Below are positions 60,641 through 64,000 of a DNA stretch of 64,000 nt, one piece after another; the first letter of the stretch is position 1, and each line of letters begins with the position of its first letter. The notes below the pieces were generated by a model. That model was not told the origin of the DNA. It did no database searches and saw only the letters and a program-made list of their open reading frames with translations. The position numbers and the translations under genes are program-made. The DNA comes from Escherichia phage JS10, in the sequence record EU863409; one strand, written 5' to 3'.

Positions 60641-60982
60641 TTTTTGTAGCTGTTCTAAAATAAATCCGCTCGTATAAAAGGAAGCATTATAAACCTTATT
60701 CAGTGGGTTCAAAGCGCGTCCGTAAGTATCACGTAATTCTTTGATAACATTTTCGTAACTCACATAGTAAGCACTACGATAGTCAGGGTCCATGCTCATA
60801 CGGAATTTGATGAATCGATAAAACCCTGTATCCGGGTCTTGAACGAAAACGAAATCCGCGCTTGCCATAGTTTTTGAATCTAACCCAGTAACCAGTTCTT
60901 GATTGAAGGCTGCCAATGCCTCTTTAAGACTGAGTTGCTCAAAGAACATAACCTTAGCATTACCAAAAAATACTTTAGACAT
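60638..60982 (-). CDS. hypothetical protein
   Basis: 114 aa ORF. Confidence 0.5.
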   Translation of the reverse strand: MSKVFFGNAKVMFFEQLSLKEALAAFNQELVTGLDSKTMASADFVFVQDPDTGFYRFIKFRMSMDPDYRSAYYVSYENVIKELRDTYGRALNPLNKVYNASFYTSGFILEQLQK

Positions 60983-60996
60983 GATAATTTCCTCAA

Positions 60997-61296
60997 TTAT
61001 TCAGAGTCGACTTCTTCTGATAATTCCATCAGTTCATCAACCGTGAAACACTCGGTATTATTTTCAATAGCAAAACGCTTTTGATAAAAAGGATAATCCA
61101 AACAGTTTTCAGTACGAATGGGCCGCTCACTATTATCCATTAAAGGAGAAATGCGAATCAATTGTTGACCATTACCTAAGACAAATTTTTCACCAACTGC
61201 GATATCTTTAAAAAGTTTCATAATATTTTCCTCAGAATTAAAGAACTTCTTCAATTTGGATGTATTCGCTATATCCTTCCTCGATGAGGATATCAC
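60997..61296 (-). CDS. hypothetical protein
   Basis: 99 aa ORF; the real start may be the internal Met near 61221. Confidence 0.4.
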   Translation of the reverse strand: MISSSRKDIANTSKLKKFFNSEENIMKLFKDIAVGEKFVLGNGQQLIRISPLMDNSERPIRTENCLDYPFYQKRFAIENNTECFTVDELMELSEEVDSE

Positions 61297-61384
61297 GGGC
61301 GCAGTCAGCGCTGATATAAAAATTAAAACTAACGGTAGTAATCACTTTACCATGCAACTTTACTTTATAAATTCGATTACCCAT
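61238..61384 (-). CDS. hypothetical small protein
   Basis: Start taken at internal Met (MGNRIYKVKL...) with GAGGAAAA RBS; track ORF is 61238-61426. Confidence 0.35.
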   Translation of the reverse strand: MGNRIYKVKLHGKVITTVSFNFYISADCARDILIEEGYSEYIQIEEVL

Positions 61385-61394
61385 AATATTTTCC

Positions 61395-61505
61395 TCAGAA
61401 GTTAAAGAATACACGTACATGGTCAATCATAAAAACGATTGGGAAAATGCTCAATACCATTAACAACACAAACATGTTCCAAATTGCTTTAAGTAAGTTT
61501 TTCAT
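61395..61505 (-). CDS. possible small hydrophobic peptide (about 36 aa)
   Basis: MKNLLKAIWNMFVLLMVLSIFPIVFMIDHVRVFFNF, directly behind an early promoter cassette. Confidence 0.3.
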   Translation of the reverse strand: MKNLLKAIWNMFVLLMVLSIFPIVFMIDHVRVFFNF

Positions 61506-61517
61506 AATCATCTCCAT

Positions 61518-61562
61518 TAGTTGATAGGTCTATAATATCATGTCTAATGGAGATGTATACTG
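61518..61562 (-). promoter_or_regulatory. Early promoter cassette (GTATAC-N17-TATTAT)
   Basis: ttgataggtctataatatcatg...gtatac. Confidence 0.5.
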
Positions 61563-61650
61563 ATTTATGCCAATTTCCACAACAATAAACTAAAACATAC
61601 GCAAATCACTGGGATACAGGCTATCCAAATAAGGCACCACATTTTGCTAC

Positions 61651-61911
61651 TCATAATACTATCTCTTTTATTTCCATAAACCCATCATTCAGTGCATGGC
61701 GGAGTTCATAATGGATATCTATATCATCGACATTATCTAATTTACCGTCGATAAGTTTTTGTAAATCTTTTTTTGACGCTATCAAAGGACGAAGAAATCT
61801 ACAATTAGAAAGGGATAATTCCGTAATAACATCTTCACCTGATGCATCGTACATTGCGGCAACAACTTTACCCGTAACTTTGTGTTTAGCGTAATATAAT
61901 TTGATATCCAT
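61651..61911 (-). CDS. hypothetical protein
   Basis: 86 aa ORF behind an early promoter cassette. Confidence 0.5.
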   Translation of the reverse strand: MDIKLYYAKHKVTGKVVAAMYDASGEDVITELSLSNCRFLRPLIASKKDLQKLIDGKLDNVDDIDIHYELRHALNDGFMEIKEIVL

Positions 61912-61929
61912 TTTGTTTTCCTCTCATGT

Positions 61930-61973
61930 AGTTGATAGGAAGATAGTAACACCATCCATGGTGTATGTAAACA
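61930..61973 (-). promoter_or_regulatory. Early promoter cassette (variant)
   Basis: gttgataggaagatagtaacacc...gtaaac. Confidence 0.4.
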
Positions 61974-61986
61974 CTTATTTTTAAAA

Positions 61987-62505
61987 TTATAAGGCGAGAT
62001 ACCAGCCGTTGTAATTGCTCTTACGGACCAGCTTTTTGATGGATTCTCTGTCACCAGAGAACTTAGGAGTGAACAGGACGTCGCCTGCCTCATTTACTGA
62101 AGTGTCGAATATAATTATACAGTCTGCAACTTTATGATTCAAGAGCGGTCCCAGGTTAATCCCTGTTCCATAAGGGAAGTCACCAGAGTATCCTGTAGTG
62201 CAGGAAATCCACTTAGAATCAGATTGGTGGGTCTTGACCTCTACACGTAGTCCACAATACATAGGATGGGCTAAAACATCCCAGGCGTAGGTATAAGGGT
62301 CGTCATGGTCTTCCAGACCACTGTTGACGTATCCTTTTAACCAATCAGCAACCATGTACTCTGCATACGTTGCAATAACACACCGAGTCAATACTTCTTT
62401 CTTATCTTGGGATGGGTCTTGGCTTAAGGAATACAATACGGTATCCTTAATCTTGACCTTCATTTCACCCGTTAAATCAGATGTCTTCAGGGTAAATGTC
62501 GGCAT
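61987..62505 (-). CDS. hypothetical protein in the denB position (possible endonuclease IV)
   Basis: Track ORF 61987-62607 begins with GTG; first ATG is MPTFTLK, giving about 172 aa; assignment by position only. Confidence 0.3.
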   Translation of the reverse strand: MPTFTLKTSDLTGEMKVKIKDTVLYSLSQDPSQDKKEVLTRCVIATYAEYMVADWLKGYVNSGLEDHDDPYTYAWDVLAHPMYCGLRVEVKTHQSDSKWISCTTGYSGDFPYGTGINLGPLLNHKVADCIIIFDTSVNEAGDVLFTPKFSGDRESIKKLVRKSNYNGWYLAL

Positions 62506-62803
62506 CTTCGACAGTCGAACTAGTCCCGGATTTGACGGATTCATAATCACCACCAATATACAATTCTTCGACGTGAACATTACCAAAATAGATACGAGAG
62601 TTTTCACTCAATTTACTGTGGTCTAATTTTTTAAGGTTTTCAACTGAATCGAAAATCACATCTGTTGCAAAAAGATGGCCTGTAGCTTTATCAGATTTGA
62701 TTACATCCACACAATAAACCTTATCGGCCACATGATTACCTTGGAGATAACTATCTTTGATATCTTCGTCGCCGACGTTCATGAAATTAATCATTTTACT
62801 CAC
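62477..62803 (-). CDS. hypothetical protein
   Basis: 108 aa ORF. Confidence 0.45.
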   Translation of the reverse strand: MSKMINFMNVGDEDIKDSYLQGNHVADKVYCVDVIKSDKATGHLFATDVIFDSVENLKKLDHSKLSENSRIYFGNVHVEELYIGGDYESVKSGTSSTVEDADIYPEDI

Positions 62804-62993
62804 CGAAATAAGAAATACGAACCTCTAAACAATGAGCGTATGCACCCATCGCGTCCAGTTGTGCAATAAGTAACCCTTGTTGACGGATATCAAGAGTTTC
62901 AAAAACACCGCCTTTAATAAACTCTTCAAGTGCATTAATTTTCAAGACCAGTTGGGCATATTCATCAATTACACGTGCTTGGTAATCTAACAT
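62796..62993 (-). CDS. hypothetical protein
   Basis: 65 aa ORF directly downstream of rIIB. Confidence 0.45.
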   Translation of the reverse strand: MLDYQARVIDEYAQLVLKINALEEFIKGGVFETLDIRQQGLLIAQLDAMGAYAHCLEVRISYFGE

Positions 62994-63031
62994 AATTCCT
63001 CATTAGGAGGCCGGAGCCTCCGTTTATTGAT

Positions 63032-64000
63032 TTAGTATTTGTATTCGTTTGCGAACTGTTCGGTGACGTCTTCCAGAACTTCATAATAACACACACGCAT
63101 TTTAGCATCACCGTAATCGACCGGGATACTAACAACATCACGCGGGTTAACTTTGCATGAAACTACTTTACAGTTAGAGTTACCAAAATGACCAATATAG
63201 CTACGAGAGCAAACGTGCAGACCACTTGAACAAGTTACTTCATCGTCATCATTTACACGCGAACGAGGCATTTTAACTGGCTTACCTGGCGAGTTATCAA
63301 ACGTACCCGTACGGCAGTCGGTGTAATCGGAGTTAACAACTTTCCATGCGATAAAGTGGCCGTCTTCAGTGATTTTGATATCGTTCGCGACCAGGAAGTC
63401 GAACAGACGCTGTACAGCTTTTTCACTTGGGTTTTCTAACAGATTCTCAAGGAACGGCAGGTAGAATTCAAAATCTTCGCCATTTTCCATTGAGGTGATA
63501 ATACGGTCAATCAACCCTGAACGCAATTCGATACCTTGATAAACCAGACGTCCACCTTCAATACGAACGTTACCTTTAACGAAAGCCTTAACAGCTTCTT
63601 TAATGGAAATCAGTTTAATCGCGTCATCAAAACGGGATTCTTTAAGGGCCTGTACGATGGCATCAAAGTGTTTGTTCTTATTAGTAGTATTCCATACTGT
63701 ACGACCTTCAGTGATGGATACGAATTTAGAACTGGCGTTCCAGATAATTTCCGGACGAGAACCACCAATAGTAACTTCAACAGGAACTGCACGAGGCTCG
63801 TTAGGAACCGTTACTTTAATATTTCCGGTAATAACCACTTGTGAACGTTTAGCTTCTTCAGCATTTTTCAGAACTTTACGGACCGTATCAACCGAGATAC
63901 CAAAATCTTCAGCCAGATCAGATTGGGTATAATTACCTGAAGCATACATAGAAGTAATTAAGGTTTGTTCGTATTCAGAGACACATTTAATATTGTACAT
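63032..64000 (-). CDS. rIIB: rIIB lysis-inhibition / membrane-associated protein
   Basis: 322 aa; MYNIKC...SGNYTQSDLAEDFGISVDTVRKVLKNAEEAKR...FEFYLPFLENLLENPS.KAV.RLFDFLVANDI.ITEDG matches T4 rIIB; the ATG falls on the last three bases of the window. Confidence 0.85.
   Translation of the reverse strand: MYNIKCVSEYEQTLITSMYASGNYTQSDLAEDFGISVDTVRKVLKNAEEAKRSQVVITGNIKVTVPNEPRAVPVEVTIGGSRPEIIWNASSKFVSITEGRTVWNTTNKNKHFDAIVQALKESRFDDAIKLISIKEAVKAFVKGNVRIEGGRLVYQGIELRSGLIDRIITSMENGEDFEFYLPFLENLLENPSEKAVQRLFDFLVANDIKITEDGHFIAWKVVNSDYTDCRTGTFDNSPGKPVKMPRSRVNDDDEVTCSSGLHVCSRSYIGHFGNSNCKVVSCKVNPRDVVSIPVDYGDAKMRVCYYEVLEDVTEQFANEYKY

Overview
This window is a T4-like (Tevenvirinae-type) myovirus genome segment. 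Gene content and order follow the phage T4 map from gene 24 through rIIB: rnlB, hoc, inh, uvsW, uvsY, baseplate genes 25-26-51-27-28-29-48-54, alt, DNA ligase 30, rIII, 31, cd, pseT, rnlA, denA, nrdB, nrdA, td, frd, 32, 59, 33, dsbA, rnh, tail fibre genes 34-35-36-37-38, holin t, asiA, arn, motA, 52, ndd and rIIB. Calls rest on my recollection of T4 protein sequences, motifs visible in the ORF translations, and synteny; no database search was run. Late structural genes sit on the + strand behind TATAAATA late-promoter motifs; early genes sit on the - strand behind a repeated GTTTAC-N17-TA(C/T)TAT early-promoter cassette. The most unusual region is at 2200-4079: two + strand genes between the 24.x genes and hoc, absent from the T4 order as I recall it, encoding a collagen-like protein with a carbohydrate-binding-type motif and a second Hoc-type protein that shares Hoc's C-terminal capsid-binding region. 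Other notable points are two tandem Alt-type ADP-ribosyltransferases, a NADAR/YbiA-like gene next to a HAD-like hydrolase, a DUF4326-like gene, and a ~350 bp non-coding stretch beside rIII. Coordinates taken from the ORF track are reliable; coordinates I derived by reading the sequence (promoters, terminators, small ORFs, adjusted starts) may be off by 1-3 nt, because my reading disagreed with the track by 1-2 nt around 28070-28320.
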